A stretch of DNA of 64,000 bases, from positions 96,001 to 160,000 of the forward strand of contig CAVXJH010000005.1 of NCBI GenBank assembly GCA_963762115.1. The letters run 5' to 3'. Each line of letters begins with the position of its first letter. Positions within the stretch are counted from its first letter, which is position 1. Below, in pieces: positions 29,195 through 39,586 of the stretch. The notes below the pieces were generated by a model. It was not told the DNA's origin. It saw only the letters and a list, made by a program, of their open reading frames with translations, and ran no database searches. The stretch comes from Candidatus Babeliales bacterium. Lineage in GTDB: Bacteria > Babelota > Babeliae > Babelales > JANWKD01. The position numbers and the translations under genes are program-made.

Positions 29195-30839
29195 TTGTTT
29201 CCTTAGTAATAAGAGTATCATGAAGTAACACATCATAAGCAATACGCTCAAAAAGCGGGACGGCAACGGTTGATGCATACACATTACGAGCAACCTGTGC
29301 ATCATTTATAAAAGTAACAATCACTCGCTTATAATCACCTTTTTCAATAATGCCTGCAAAGGTATAGATACAATGAAGAGGGTCATATTCACCATTAATC
29401 ACCTTAATTGCCGTACCTGTTTTACCCATTACTCGATACCCTTCTAATTGAGCTTTATGCGCCGTTCCTTGCGTTACGGTATTTTCTAAAATTGTTCGTA
29501 ATTGTTCAATCGCCACGGTACTGTATAATGGACAACCTTCTTTTTGCACCAAAGCATCTTTAAATAATGTTGGTTTAATAAAAATGCCATGATTTGCAAT
29601 CATTGAAAAAAATTGCGCCAATTGTAAAAGCGTTGCTCTACTTTCATAACCAAATGATAAGGAGATGAGCGATGATCGAGACCAATGTTCAGGCGGATTA
29701 ACAAATCCAGCTTGCTCACCAGGCCAACCCAATGCCGTTTTATACCCAAAACCCATTCTGCGGTAATGATCATATAATTTTGAACCAAGTCGCAACGACA
29801 CTTTTGCAGAACCAATATTATTTGAACGCTGCACTACCTCCGCAAATGGCAATAATCCATGCGCTTTCCATGTTGAAAAAGTTACTCCATTAACTGTACC
29901 CTTTTTTGTATTTTCACAATCAATAAGTTCATTAAGGTCAACAAGCCCTTCCTCCAATAATGCTAAAGTACCAACAATTTTCATAACTGAACCTAATTCA
30001 TATGCCTCAGTCACCATTTTATTTTTTGTTGTTGCAAGATCAAGCTCTTGACGCACATTCGAATCAAAACAAGGATAACTCACCATAGCAAGTATATGAC
30101 CATTACTTGGATCCATTACCAAAACAGCACCATCAAGAGCATGCAACGAAGTAACACTTTTTTTTAATTCTTCATAAGCCAGATGTTGAATATCTGCATC
30201 AAGGGTCAAATAAACAGGAGCACCTTCATTGCCTTCAACTTTAGTTTCTTTTGCAAAATAAAAATGACCCGAACGAGCATCTTTTTGCAGCGAAACGGTT
30301 GTCGGCTCGCCTGCTAACTGTTTGTTGTATAACAATTCAACACCAAACAACCCATTATTATCACTATCAGTAAGACCAATCACTGGTGAAGCTGACTGAA
30401 AAGGATAAAAACGACTCGGCTCTTTCAAAATTTTAATATCGGGAAGATTATATTTTTCAAATAATGCTCTTTGTTCAGGCGTTAAACGGCGTTTTACATA
30501 CATGAAATTTGCTTGGGGGTTTGCATGCAAACGCTCTAAAGCTTTGGGAAAATATTTTTCTAGAAATTGCTCAATTTTTTCGAGCGCAATAAGTTCATGT
30601 GGGGTAATAAATGCTGCATAACTATCTTCATTTATGGCTAAATACTGCCCATTTCGATCATAAATAGAAGCTCGTGCAGGCATTGTTTTTAACGTTATCG
30701 TATATTGTTGCTTACCCAGTTGAATAAAAAAATCACGTTGATGAACTTGTAAAATATATAAATTACCAATAATTATGAAATACATTACGACAAATACAAA
30801 AAAAATAACGGCGCTTCGCAGTTTATAATATTTAATCAT
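29187..30839 (-). CDS. ftsI: Class B penicillin-binding protein (FtsI/PBP3-like)
   Basis: RASIYDRNG, RFYP, GLFGVE, LTLD, SVMK (SxxK), SNN (SxN), KTGT. Confidence 0.9.
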   Translation of the reverse strand: MIKYYKLRSAVIFFVFVVMYFIIIGNLYILQVHQRDFFIQLGKQQYTITLKTMPARASIYDRNGQYLAINEDSYAAFITPHELIALEKIEQFLEKYFPKALERLHANPQANFMYVKRRLTPEQRALFEKYNLPDIKILKEPSRFYPFQSASPVIGLTDSDNNGLFGVELLYNKQLAGEPTTVSLQKDARSGHFYFAKETKVEGNEGAPVYLTLDADIQHLAYEELKKSVTSLHALDGAVLVMDPSNGHILAMVSYPCFDSNVRQELDLATTKNKMVTEAYELGSVMKIVGTLALLEEGLVDLNELIDCENTKKGTVNGVTFSTWKAHGLLPFAEVVQRSNNIGSAKVSLRLGSKLYDHYRRMGFGYKTALGWPGEQAGFVNPPEHWSRSSLISLSFGYESRATLLQLAQFFSMIANHGIFIKPTLFKDALVQKEGCPLYSTVAIEQLRTILENTVTQGTAHKAQLEGYRVMGKTGTAIKVINGEYDPLHCIYTFAGIIEKGDYKRVIVTFINDAQVARNVYASTVAVPLFERIAYDVLLHDTLITKETSE

Positions 30840-31111
30840 AATGATTGCATAGGTAAAATTTTAATCTGCTTTCTGTCCAATTTTTGCATCTTTAATTCAC
30901 CCTGGGCATATTCTTGAATATGCGCACGATTTTGCAATAAACATAGTTGTGCGCGTATATGTTCTTTGTTTTTTATAAGAGCAACTTTTTGTTTTTCATA
31001 TGTTTGTTTTTGAAAAGAAAGTTGTATCATTACACTATTTTTATACACTAAAAAAAATATAAAAAATAGATTAGTACCCAAAAAAAGTGTTATGAAATAT
31101 GCTTTTTTCAT
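30836..31111 (-). CDS. ftsL: FtsL-like cell division protein
   Basis: Short TM + coiled coil, IQEYAQGELKM; overlaps the ftsI start by 4 bp. Confidence 0.7.
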   Translation of the reverse strand: MKKAYFITLFLGTNLFFIFFLVYKNSVMIQLSFQKQTYEKQKVALIKNKEHIRAQLCLLQNRAHIQEYAQGELKMQKLDRKQIKILPMQSL

Positions 31112-31282
31112 GCGAAGGTAATCCTTTTTTATTGTTTTTTTTCTTTTTAAGTCTAAAATACTCCATTCATTTTTTTAAAGAGATTTTTTACACATCCCTC
31201 CATTTTCATAAGCAACATAAAGACTTCACTTGAATTTTAATGCATAAAAATGCTACAAATAACTCAAGAGAACTAGGGGAAA

Positions 31283-32947
31283 ATGCTCTTGGGGGGCAAG
31301 AAAATGATCTTTATTTTCTTTTATAAAAAAAACATCATTCTGCTCATTTTTTTCCTGACGGGAAATAGCGTAATGCTTTTAAGTATGCAAAATGATGATG
31401 AACTGTTATTAAGAAATTTAGCAATAACTCCTCCAATAGAAAAAAGTATCTTAACAAACTCACAAGCTCGCGGTGCTCTCATAAAAAAAAATCAAAAAAA
31501 AAGAAAAAAACGCAGAACCAGAAAAGAATATCAATTAAAAGAAAAAAAGACCTCAAGCGGTGAAAGCAGTTTTGAATTCACTGAAGAGGATATTCATCCT
31601 GATGCTTTTGATCCAACCAAAAAAATTCAGGATTATACCGCCTTCATAAAAGATCTTGAATCCCTTATTCAAAAAAATAATATTTTGGAATATTGCAATC
31701 AAATGAATCATCTGGCCAATCAAATTGCAGATCTTGAGCCACAACAACAGCTTGAAAAATATTTTACTCTTTTATTAAATAATCTAAATTCTGAAGCAGA
31801 AATAATACATTATTTTTGCCTTACTATCATAAAAATATACTCAAGTCATTTCAAGGAACATGACAAAAAAAAACTACTCAAAACCCGTATTAGTGACCTT
31901 TTTGAAACTTTTGTTTTACCCCTTACGCACCCCAAAGCTCAAAAAAAATTAGAGCAAGTCATGCAAAAATTTATGTCATTACATCAAAGTAATATTCATG
32001 ATGAAATTAATAATACAAAAAATGATGATTTTCTTTATACCTTTTCACCCTCATTACCATCTTTTTCACCCACAGAAGATCATGCTATTTGGAAAAATCC
32101 AACCCAACTTACCTTACCAAGAGATACTACGTGCTATACATTACTTAACAACCAGGAACTTGTTGCATCAACATATGATGGCAACCTTTTTCAAGTCGAT
32201 CTCAAAGACAAAAAGCAAAAAACAATCCACACAAAAAACAATCCAAAACATACCAACATTCCCTATTATATTTTCGTAAAACTGCACAAAAAAGGTAATA
32301 AGAAGACCGAACATCTAAAAATATTAAAAGCAAAACCTGCCTCAACGCCAACATATTTTCTCAATGCATTTCATTGTTATTTTCTCGGAAAAGAAAGCGG
32401 TAAAATTATTGTTCAAAATCGAAAAGCAAAAAAAATACATAAACTCATCGGGCATAAAAATAAAATTTCTGGTCTTGTGCCTCTTAACGATTCCTCACAT
32501 CGCTTCCTTGCATCATCATCACATGATACCACCATTAAAATTTGGGATTTTGCAAGCGAAATTTGCGTTCAAACATTAAAAAGTAGCATAGGCGAAATTG
32601 AAGCACTCGCACAAACATCGCCTGAACTTCTTATTGCACTTTCCAAGAGAAAATTTCTTGAAGTATGGAACGTGAGCAACAAACGCATAAGCAATAAAAT
32701 ACGAGTCATTGAAACGGTTTATTCACCAGTCCTCAGTATGGTTGGTTATGAAAATTACTGCCTAACAGGACTATCAAATAGCACTCTTCTTGTTTGGGAA
32801 CCAAAAAAAGGCCTTTGCATTGAAGAAATAGAAATTGAAGGTCAATTACCCATTGCAAAATTATCAAGCGACGGTCATAGGGTGATTGCCGCTCAAGAAA
32901 CTAAGGACAAAAAAATCTTAACGCTTTTCATGAAAAAAGATGAGTAA
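31283..32947 (+). CDS. Exported WD40-repeat protein with basic cluster
   Basis: LIGHKNKISGL...LASSSHDTTIKIWD; EVWN, LVWE; KKNQKKRKKRRTRK. Confidence 0.85.
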   Translation: MLLGGKKMIFIFFYKKNIILLIFFLTGNSVMLLSMQNDDELLLRNLAITPPIEKSILTNSQARGALIKKNQKKRKKRRTRKEYQLKEKKTSSGESSFEFTEEDIHPDAFDPTKKIQDYTAFIKDLESLIQKNNILEYCNQMNHLANQIADLEPQQQLEKYFTLLLNNLNSEAEIIHYFCLTIIKIYSSHFKEHDKKKLLKTRISDLFETFVLPLTHPKAQKKLEQVMQKFMSLHQSNIHDEINNTKNDDFLYTFSPSLPSFSPTEDHAIWKNPTQLTLPRDTTCYTLLNNQELVASTYDGNLFQVDLKDKKQKTIHTKNNPKHTNIPYYIFVKLHKKGNKKTEHLKILKAKPASTPTYFLNAFHCYFLGKESGKIIVQNRKAKKIHKLIGHKNKISGLVPLNDSSHRFLASSSHDTTIKIWDFASEICVQTLKSSIGEIEALAQTSPELLIALSKRKFLEVWNVSNKRISNKIRVIETVYSPVLSMVGYENYCLTGLSNSTLLVWEPKKGLCIEEIEIEGQLPIAKLSSDGHRVIAAQETKDKKILTLFMKKDE

Positions 32948-34826
32948 AAAAAACAAAAGGAAGCAAATGATTAGGAAATTCAAAATAAGTAATATCAGGT
33001 ATGTTATAGGCATTATGCTACTGTTTCAACCAGCAGATTATATCTATTGCATGGAAGAGGAACCAGGCAGCAGCAGCCCTGATCGCATAGATGGTGCAGC
33101 ACATTATTATACCGAGACATTAAATACTTACGACACACAAATGCCAGAAAAAAGAGCTGAATTCAAAGACCATTTAAAAAAAATTACTGAAGCTATACAA
33201 GAACAAACTCCTGAGGAACAACTGCAAATATATCTTTCCATGATAGAAAAAGCAGTAGATTATAACAATAAATATCTCACTTCATATATATGTTCACAAA
33301 TAATTACTCTTTATCAACAACAGTTACCAATAACAGAAGAAGCACGCCAAGTCATGCAAGAAATAATCAACAATGCTGCACAACAACAGTTCAATTGCAA
33401 AGGATTTGAAAATATCAAAAAACAGTTATTATTAAAAGCACATGATTCCCGCAAAAAAAACAAAAAAAAAATGAACTCATCACTCCATGATGCAATGCAC
33501 CAATCAAACCTCATCGATGATACAACATTATTAGAACTGCTTAAGGGATTCATCGATAATGGGGCCGAATCAAAAGACCTTATATTTGAAACCCTTACTA
33601 ACTATTCACCCGCAACACAATTTAATGCACTTACTTCATGTATAGAAATGTCATTAGCAGAAAAAAACAGCTCTCAGGCAACTGAACTCTATGAAATGCT
33701 CGAAGATATCTATACAACCTATATTGCAGGAACTGAACAAGCGTATGTATACAAACAAAAATTTGAAGCTCTTGCAAAACAACATCCAGAATTACCTTCT
33801 AAAAAACTTAGTACCGGAAATATTTATTTTCCCCATGAATTAACGCATTTTTTTGACCCAACAGAATACGTCATACAAGAAATAAAAAGTCCAAAGAGAT
33901 CTGCTCAATCACCAAGAAAAATCATTAAAAGACATGACTTTGACTGGCACAATCCGCTCAGCATCGCTCTTACTGATGCAGCATGCATATTTCATCTTCG
34001 CGGACCTCTGTTACTTGCAGCAAATAAGAAAGGCGCTATAGATTGTTATGATATAAAATCAGGCAGTTGGAAGAAAACGTTACAATATCCAGGAAAAAAC
34101 CCCCTTCTTTTTTCTCCAGTTTTAATGGAAATTCAAAATAAATCACTTACGAGTACTCCAGTTGATGATATCGTTAGCCTTCTTTCAAGCAATCAAGCAG
34201 CCCCTCCACACTGTGTTTTACATAAAGCAAAAAATGATATTGATACAAGCTATGTATTACAAGGAAACGAAGATGGCACCCTTATTTTACATAATTTAAC
34301 GTCAAGCAAAAAACATCATTTTGATGAAAAGCATGCAGATACCGTCACCGCATTTTTAACTTTTCCTCATTATGCCTACTCAGGATCAAAAGATAGAAGT
34401 ATAAAAAAATGGAACATAAAAGAAAGAAAATGCGAAAATTCTCTTGAAGAGATGGAAGATACGGTGCGCTCTATCGTTACCTTAAGAAGTAATATTATTA
34501 CCTTAATTGGTACCAAAAAACTAGTACATTGCAATTTATCAGAAAAACCTGCAACGCATCTCACGCTATTTCAATTATCACAGAAAGAAAAAAATAATGC
34601 TCTTGAAACCATAGTCACTTTTAATGATGAATATCTTATCGCTGGCACAAAAAGTGGACAAGTAAAAATTTTTACTTTCGGTAACGGTTTTGCAAATATT
34701 CGCAACATAGATCAAGAATCGATAGAAGTACCAGTCATATCATTAACCAATTTCAATGATGAAAAACTGTTAGTGCATTATGGCAATGATACGGCGATGA
34801 TTTTTTCTAAAGAAAAAGGCTCTTAA
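32940..34826 (+). CDS. Exported WD40-repeat protein
   Basis: HADTVTAF...YSGSKDRSIKKWN; IAGTKSGQVKIF; RKKNKKK. Confidence 0.85.
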   Translation: MSKKNKRKQMIRKFKISNIRYVIGIMLLFQPADYIYCMEEEPGSSSPDRIDGAAHYYTETLNTYDTQMPEKRAEFKDHLKKITEAIQEQTPEEQLQIYLSMIEKAVDYNNKYLTSYICSQIITLYQQQLPITEEARQVMQEIINNAAQQQFNCKGFENIKKQLLLKAHDSRKKNKKKMNSSLHDAMHQSNLIDDTTLLELLKGFIDNGAESKDLIFETLTNYSPATQFNALTSCIEMSLAEKNSSQATELYEMLEDIYTTYIAGTEQAYVYKQKFEALAKQHPELPSKKLSTGNIYFPHELTHFFDPTEYVIQEIKSPKRSAQSPRKIIKRHDFDWHNPLSIALTDAACIFHLRGPLLLAANKKGAIDCYDIKSGSWKKTLQYPGKNPLLFSPVLMEIQNKSLTSTPVDDIVSLLSSNQAAPPHCVLHKAKNDIDTSYVLQGNEDGTLILHNLTSSKKHHFDEKHADTVTAFLTFPHYAYSGSKDRSIKKWNIKERKCENSLEEMEDTVRSIVTLRSNIITLIGTKKLVHCNLSEKPATHLTLFQLSQKEKNNALETIVTFNDEYLIAGTKSGQVKIFTFGNGFANIRNIDQESIEVPVISLTNFNDEKLLVHYGNDTAMIFSKEKGS

Positions 34827-34852
34827 ACAATTCTCATTGCTTAAGAGCCCTT
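34817..34852. terminator. Probable bidirectional terminator
   Basis: ggctcttaa...ttaagagcc between convergent genes. Confidence 0.55.
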
Positions 34853-34875
34853 TTAAAAATTTTCTATGACCAATC

Positions 34876-35700
34876 TTACCGAATAACCACAGACACAGAA
34901 CTTGAACTATGATGACAATTATGTTCACAATAACGATTATGAACATGAATTTTTGGTCTGTTCATTGCATTAATGCGCTCACGCTCACGCTCATCTTTAC
35001 GTTTTTCTTTTTCTTCTTTTTGACAGCGAGGAAGACGAACAACACGCACCAAAAGAGTTCTTAACTGTTCAAGCAAAGCTGTTTGTTTATCGTGTAATGC
35101 TTCTAAAGATCTTTTAGTAGCACGTGCCAAGGTGTAATTAAATGCTTCATCTTCATTATAACCTTGTAATTTTTTAGCAAGCGTTCTGATGCGCTGAGCA
35201 ACACCTTTACGATCGTTACTGAGCTGATTAATATCAGCCTCAAGCTGACGTTTATACGACAATATGCGATAGGTTGCATGCACAATAATATGATCTTCTA
35301 AATCATCATTAGAAAGATGACCATGCAACATGCGCCCGTAGCCATTTTTGATATCATAATAACGATTTTCACTAGCACGCAAAAAATTTTCATCAGAAAC
35401 AGTAAATAACTCAGAAAGTAGTATTCCTCCAAAAACTACTGCACCCACTAAACACACCGCGGCAGCACAAACGCCAAACACACTTGATGTTTCAGATTTC
35501 TTTTTTGAAAAAGTTTTTGTAGTATCAGGATATGAATAACCTTGATCAGGAAAAGGTGATCGATGATGAGAGTAGACATGAAGTGGATTTGAACTACAGA
35601 AAAAAAGTAAAAGAGCGATAAGAGAACATGAACGTTGTGACGTGGTTAGCATAGAAAACTCCTCTGCAAAATTGTCACGTTTTATAATTATTTTTTTCAA
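34876..35700 (-). CDS. Hypothetical membrane/coiled-coil protein
   Basis: Signal-like segment, TM helix, charged coiled coil; start may be ATG 35651. Confidence 0.7.
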   Translation of the reverse strand: MKKIIIKRDNFAEEFSMLTTSQRSCSLIALLLFFCSSNPLHVYSHHRSPFPDQGYSYPDTTKTFSKKKSETSSVFGVCAAAVCLVGAVVFGGILLSELFTVSDENFLRASENRYYDIKNGYGRMLHGHLSNDDLEDHIIVHATYRILSYKRQLEADINQLSNDRKGVAQRIRTLAKKLQGYNEDEAFNYTLARATKRSLEALHDKQTALLEQLRTLLVRVVRLPRCQKEEKEKRKDERERERINAMNRPKIHVHNRYCEHNCHHSSSSVSVVIR

Positions 35701-35739
35701 AAATCATGCTAATAGTATCATGCAAAAAGGTAGAAGTCA

Positions 35740-36516
35740 ATGTTGTACTTTATTAGACGATTAAAAAACACAAAGCCAACCACCAAAAAGAAAACATTAA
35801 AGAAAAAAAAACGCTCAACAATAACGCTCGTTAGCACCCTCATTCTCTCCTTATTTGTGCGACCCACTGTTGCTAAAGAGAAAATAAATCCTTATGAGCC
35901 TGCGACATGCATAAAATATACACAAAAGAAATTACTTTCATATGGAAAAAAGGTTAAACACGTTTTTTTTGTCCCCGATGAAGATGTAAAAGTATTATTA
36001 CTTGGCCTTATTCATATGAGCAAACCAAGAACAAAAATTCGTATTGCCGTCTATCAATTAACCGACAAAGATATTGTTGAAGCATTAGCACTTGCACATA
36101 AAAGAGGTGTGGCTATAGAAATTATCACCGATCAAAGTTGTGTTTACAATCGGTATGAAAAAATTACCACTCTACGCCGTTTGGGAATCCCCATTCATGT
36201 ATATGGCGGAAAATATTATTCAATTATGCACAATAAGTTTTTTGTTTTTGAAAACACTCTTGGCGGCAAATCAATCATTTTCACCGGATCAGCTAATGCA
36301 ACTATTGGTGGCACTACAAGAAATGAAGAAAATGTCTGGATTGTGGAAAATCAAAAAATTATCGATCAATACAAACTTAAATTTGATACACTCAAAAAGA
36401 AAATTTCTCTCATGCCATTGCCAAAATCACCAGAGATTCGACTTTCAAGAAAAATGTACAATCACCTGATCAATAAAATGAATAATGTTCTTACATTAAC
36501 AGGAATTTTTGGCTAA
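35740..36516 (+). CDS. Phospholipase D-superfamily protein (single motif, Nuc-like)
   Basis: IAVYQLTD..IVEAL..AHKRGV; HNKFFVFE...TGSAN...NEEN. Confidence 0.85.
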   Translation: MLYFIRRLKNTKPTTKKKTLKKKKRSTITLVSTLILSLFVRPTVAKEKINPYEPATCIKYTQKKLLSYGKKVKHVFFVPDEDVKVLLLGLIHMSKPRTKIRIAVYQLTDKDIVEALALAHKRGVAIEIITDQSCVYNRYEKITTLRRLGIPIHVYGGKYYSIMHNKFFVFENTLGGKSIIFTGSANATIGGTTRNEENVWIVENQKIIDQYKLKFDTLKKKISLMPLPKSPEIRLSRKMYNHLINKMNNVLTLTGIFG

Positions 36517-36640
36517 AAACAGTGTCTTAAGAAGGAATCGAAACACATGCTAGAATGATTTGCTTCATTACTACAATTCCTTCTTAGCTTCGAACTTATG
36601 CTATTCATCTTTATAAAAAAATCAAGAAATCTTTTTTATG

Positions 36641-37597
36641 TTATTGAAGCTGCATTATTAAATTTTTGAAATCTTCAGGTGGTTCTTGGGTGAAAGAATA
36701 CAATTTTCCTTCAAAAGTAAACTCTAAAGACTGAGCATGCAATGCCTGCCGTCTCATGATTTTTGATTGGTTGCCATATAATGAGTCACCAAATATTGGA
36801 TAGCCTAAAGCGGCACAATGTACACGAAGTTGATGAGTACGACCTGTCAGTGGTTTTAATTCAACCAGAGAGGTATCTTTGAAATATTCTAGCACCATAT
36901 AATGAGTTACTGCAGCACGTCCCACCGCCACATGATGACTCATTTTAATCCGATGTATTGGATCACGTCCAATGGGCATATCAATGGTCCCCGTTTTATC
37001 CGGATGACCTTTGACCACAGCCAAATACGTTTTTTTGATTAAACGCTGTTTGAACATATCGCTCAAAAGCTCATGCGCGTATCTGTTACGAGCAACTAAC
37101 AAGAGCCCTGAAGTATCTTTATCAAGCCTGTGCACAATACCAGGCCTATCTTCTTGACCAACCAGCCTAATCTCTTGAAAATGGGCCAAAAGCCAATCAA
37201 CCAAGGATGCTTCTTCAGTGCTTTTTGATGGCGCATGAACTGATAATGCGGCAGGTTTATTGATGACTAAAAAATGCTCATTTTCAAAAACTTTAGTAAT
37301 TTTCAAGGCAGGATCAACTATTTTATCTGTTTTTTGAGCATCTAAAAGGGGAAATTGCACCGTAACAACATCTTCAGGCTTAAGCGAAATGCTTGGCTTT
37401 TTCACCTTATTACCATTTAAAAAAACCTGTTCTTTTGCAATAAGATCCTGAAAATACGTGCGTGAATAGGCGGCATGCTGAGCGGCAAGAAATACATCAA
37501 TACGCTGTAATGCATCACCTGAAAAAATGTACTGCCCCGTTGAACCAGGAGCAATTAATGAGCTTTTTTCTTGTATCATGGTCAAATCCTTAATCAT
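36641..37597 (-). CDS. rluD: RluA-family pseudouridine synthase with S4 domain (RluD-like)
   Basis: RIDVFL, INKPAAL, GIVHRLDKDTSG, TGRTHQLRVH, GDSLYG, LHA. Confidence 0.9.
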   Translation of the reverse strand: MIKDLTMIQEKSSLIAPGSTGQYIFSGDALQRIDVFLAAQHAAYSRTYFQDLIAKEQVFLNGNKVKKPSISLKPEDVVTVQFPLLDAQKTDKIVDPALKITKVFENEHFLVINKPAALSVHAPSKSTEEASLVDWLLAHFQEIRLVGQEDRPGIVHRLDKDTSGLLLVARNRYAHELLSDMFKQRLIKKTYLAVVKGHPDKTGTIDMPIGRDPIHRIKMSHHVAVGRAAVTHYMVLEYFKDTSLVELKPLTGRTHQLRVHCAALGYPIFGDSLYGNQSKIMRRQALHAQSLEFTFEGKLYSFTQEPPEDFKNLIMQLQ

Positions 37598-37642
37598 ATA
37601 ACTCAGATTAAGGATTTATGAATTTAGAGTCAAATTGAAACA

Positions 37643-38188
37643 TTAAAGAGCGGCTTTATAGACTATTTTACCCTGAACGGTGCGAGGGGATTGACAAATA
37701 AACCCTTCTTCTTTCAATATATTAAAAAAAGCATACAACGTTTTTATCTGCTCAAACTGCTCATCAAATAATTCTTGATTAATTTTGTTTTTTTTCAATA
37801 AAGTTTCCCAAAACGATAGGACGCGCACATTACTTTTTGGCGGTGTTGAGAAAAGAGAACTCATTTGTTTATAAACAGCATGCCGATTATTATCTACTTT
37901 AAATTGCATAGATTTATTGGCTGCAATACAATGATGCAAAAAATCACCTTGAGTATCATTAAGTGGTTTATGCGCTTTGCGATCCATAGTTAAGGTTTTT
38001 TCAGCAATGTGTTCAAAACCCTTTAAATAACCAATAAAAGTTGCTGCATCTTGACGTTCTTTTTCACTGGTGATTTTCATGCGCGCATTAAAGGCAAATC
38101 GAGGGGCCTGTTCAATTTCTTGCATGGCATTGTTCAAAAAAGAGATTAAAAAAAGAAAAAACAGGGAAAAATGGAAAAGATAGCTCAT
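37643..38188 (-). CDS. Hypothetical exported protein
   Basis: RBS aggag; signal peptide then MQE. Confidence 0.7.
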   Translation of the reverse strand: MSYLFHFSLFFLFLISFLNNAMQEIEQAPRFAFNARMKITSEKERQDAATFIGYLKGFEHIAEKTLTMDRKAHKPLNDTQGDFLHHCIAANKSMQFKVDNNRHAVYKQMSSLFSTPPKSNVRVLSFWETLLKKNKINQELFDEQFEQIKTLYAFFNILKEEGFICQSPRTVQGKIVYKAAL

Positions 38189-38359
38189 TACATCTCCTTA
38201 TACTCGTTTTTCAAAAAGCACCCACAGTTTTACTTTTCTTTCCTTCGATGTCAACCCTAAAAGCACAGAGTTTCTCTGATTATATAAATAATACATAATT
38301 GTCAAAATTTATAATTAATATATAATAAAGAGTATATTGCTGCATATTTTCAGCCTGAA

Positions 38360-38863
38360 ATGGGGATTTCTATGTTATATCGAAATTATCTTTTTTTAAC
38401 TTTATTTTTACTGGGGCTTGCCCAAAATAAAGCAATTTTTGCTGGAAAAACAGAGGAAAACCAACAAATATCGTGGTTTCAACAAATAAAAGATACATTT
38501 TCTAATGGCATATGCATTGGACAAATTACACAGTTCATAGAACCAGATCACCATGAGCGGCAGCATGTCGATAAAAATCCTCTCGATAAAAATGCCCCCC
38601 ATCATATCCGCACAATTGATTTAACCCGAAAAGATCGTCAAGCCTCAACAATTCGAAAACCTTTTTTATTCATTATTCAATCACCAGTTAGACCGAATAA
38701 TAAAAGGATATATATTATTGGCAAAGTGAATACTGAAAGGTTTATCAACCTGATGTACCGCACTACACGATACAATTTAATGCCCGGCGACTGTTTATTA
38801 GCTGCAACTGCACTAGGTACCGCAGCATTCGGTTACTACAAATATTTTCATAATAAAAGTTAA
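38360..38863 (+). CDS. Exported protein with C-terminal TM tail, paralog 1
   Basis: NYLFLTLFLLGLA..FA signal; tail LLAATALGTAAFGYYKYFHNKS. Confidence 0.7.
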   Translation: MGISMLYRNYLFLTLFLLGLAQNKAIFAGKTEENQQISWFQQIKDTFSNGICIGQITQFIEPDHHERQHVDKNPLDKNAPHHIRTIDLTRKDRQASTIRKPFLFIIQSPVRPNNKRIYIIGKVNTERFINLMYRTTRYNLMPGDCLLAATALGTAAFGYYKYFHNKS

Positions 38864-38874
38864 AGGATCATACA

Positions 38875-39333
38875 ATGAATTTTATTAAAATGCGTCAAAA
38901 CTTTCTTTTTTTAACCATATTTTTATTAGGCCTTGCCCACAGTACATCTGTTTTCGCTGAAAAAACCTGGTCTGAATGGATAAAAGATTCTTTTTATAAT
39001 GGCATAATCATTAAACAAGATCTTAAGGGTAAAAAATGGGAAACTTTTAAAAACGAAAAAAATCATACAAGCCTATATTCTTCATTAAGCAATTTAATCT
39101 CAAAAAAAGAAATAATTACCCTAGGGAAAGAAGTCTTTATTATACCAGAATATCGCCTGCCTTTTTATAAAAAAAATCAAGCAATAAAGGTAAAACATTC
39201 CTGTCAATCCGAACAATTTACCTCAACATTCAAAAATTATAAAACATCACATCATATACTATTGAGCGATACAATAATTTTAGGCGCTGTTGCTATAACA
39301 GGATACTTTGCCTATAAAAATTGGATTAAATAA
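38875..39333 (+). CDS. Exported protein with C-terminal TM tail, paralog 2
   Basis: NFLFLTIFLLGLA..FA signal; shared W..IKD.F.NGI; tail IILGAVAITGYFAYKNWIK. Confidence 0.7.
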   Translation: MNFIKMRQNFLFLTIFLLGLAHSTSVFAEKTWSEWIKDSFYNGIIIKQDLKGKKWETFKNEKNHTSLYSSLSNLISKKEIITLGKEVFIIPEYRLPFYKKNQAIKVKHSCQSEQFTSTFKNYKTSHHILLSDTIILGAVAITGYFAYKNWIK

Positions 39334-39586
39334 AACCAACAACAACATATTAAAACAATCTACACAAAATTCTTGCATTACCTTCTTATATCGTGTATCA
39401 ATTAAAATTCCTAAGAAAGTTATTGTCAATTAAAAAAAGGAGCAAAGAAGCAATCTCCTAACTTATTGATCTGATTTTTAACTCAAATGGACAATACCAG
39501 ATCAGTTTGTTAGACTCATAGAAAATGCACAGACAATGCTGAAAGATCTAATAATGTCAAACCAGTAAAACTGAAAGAGATGCATA

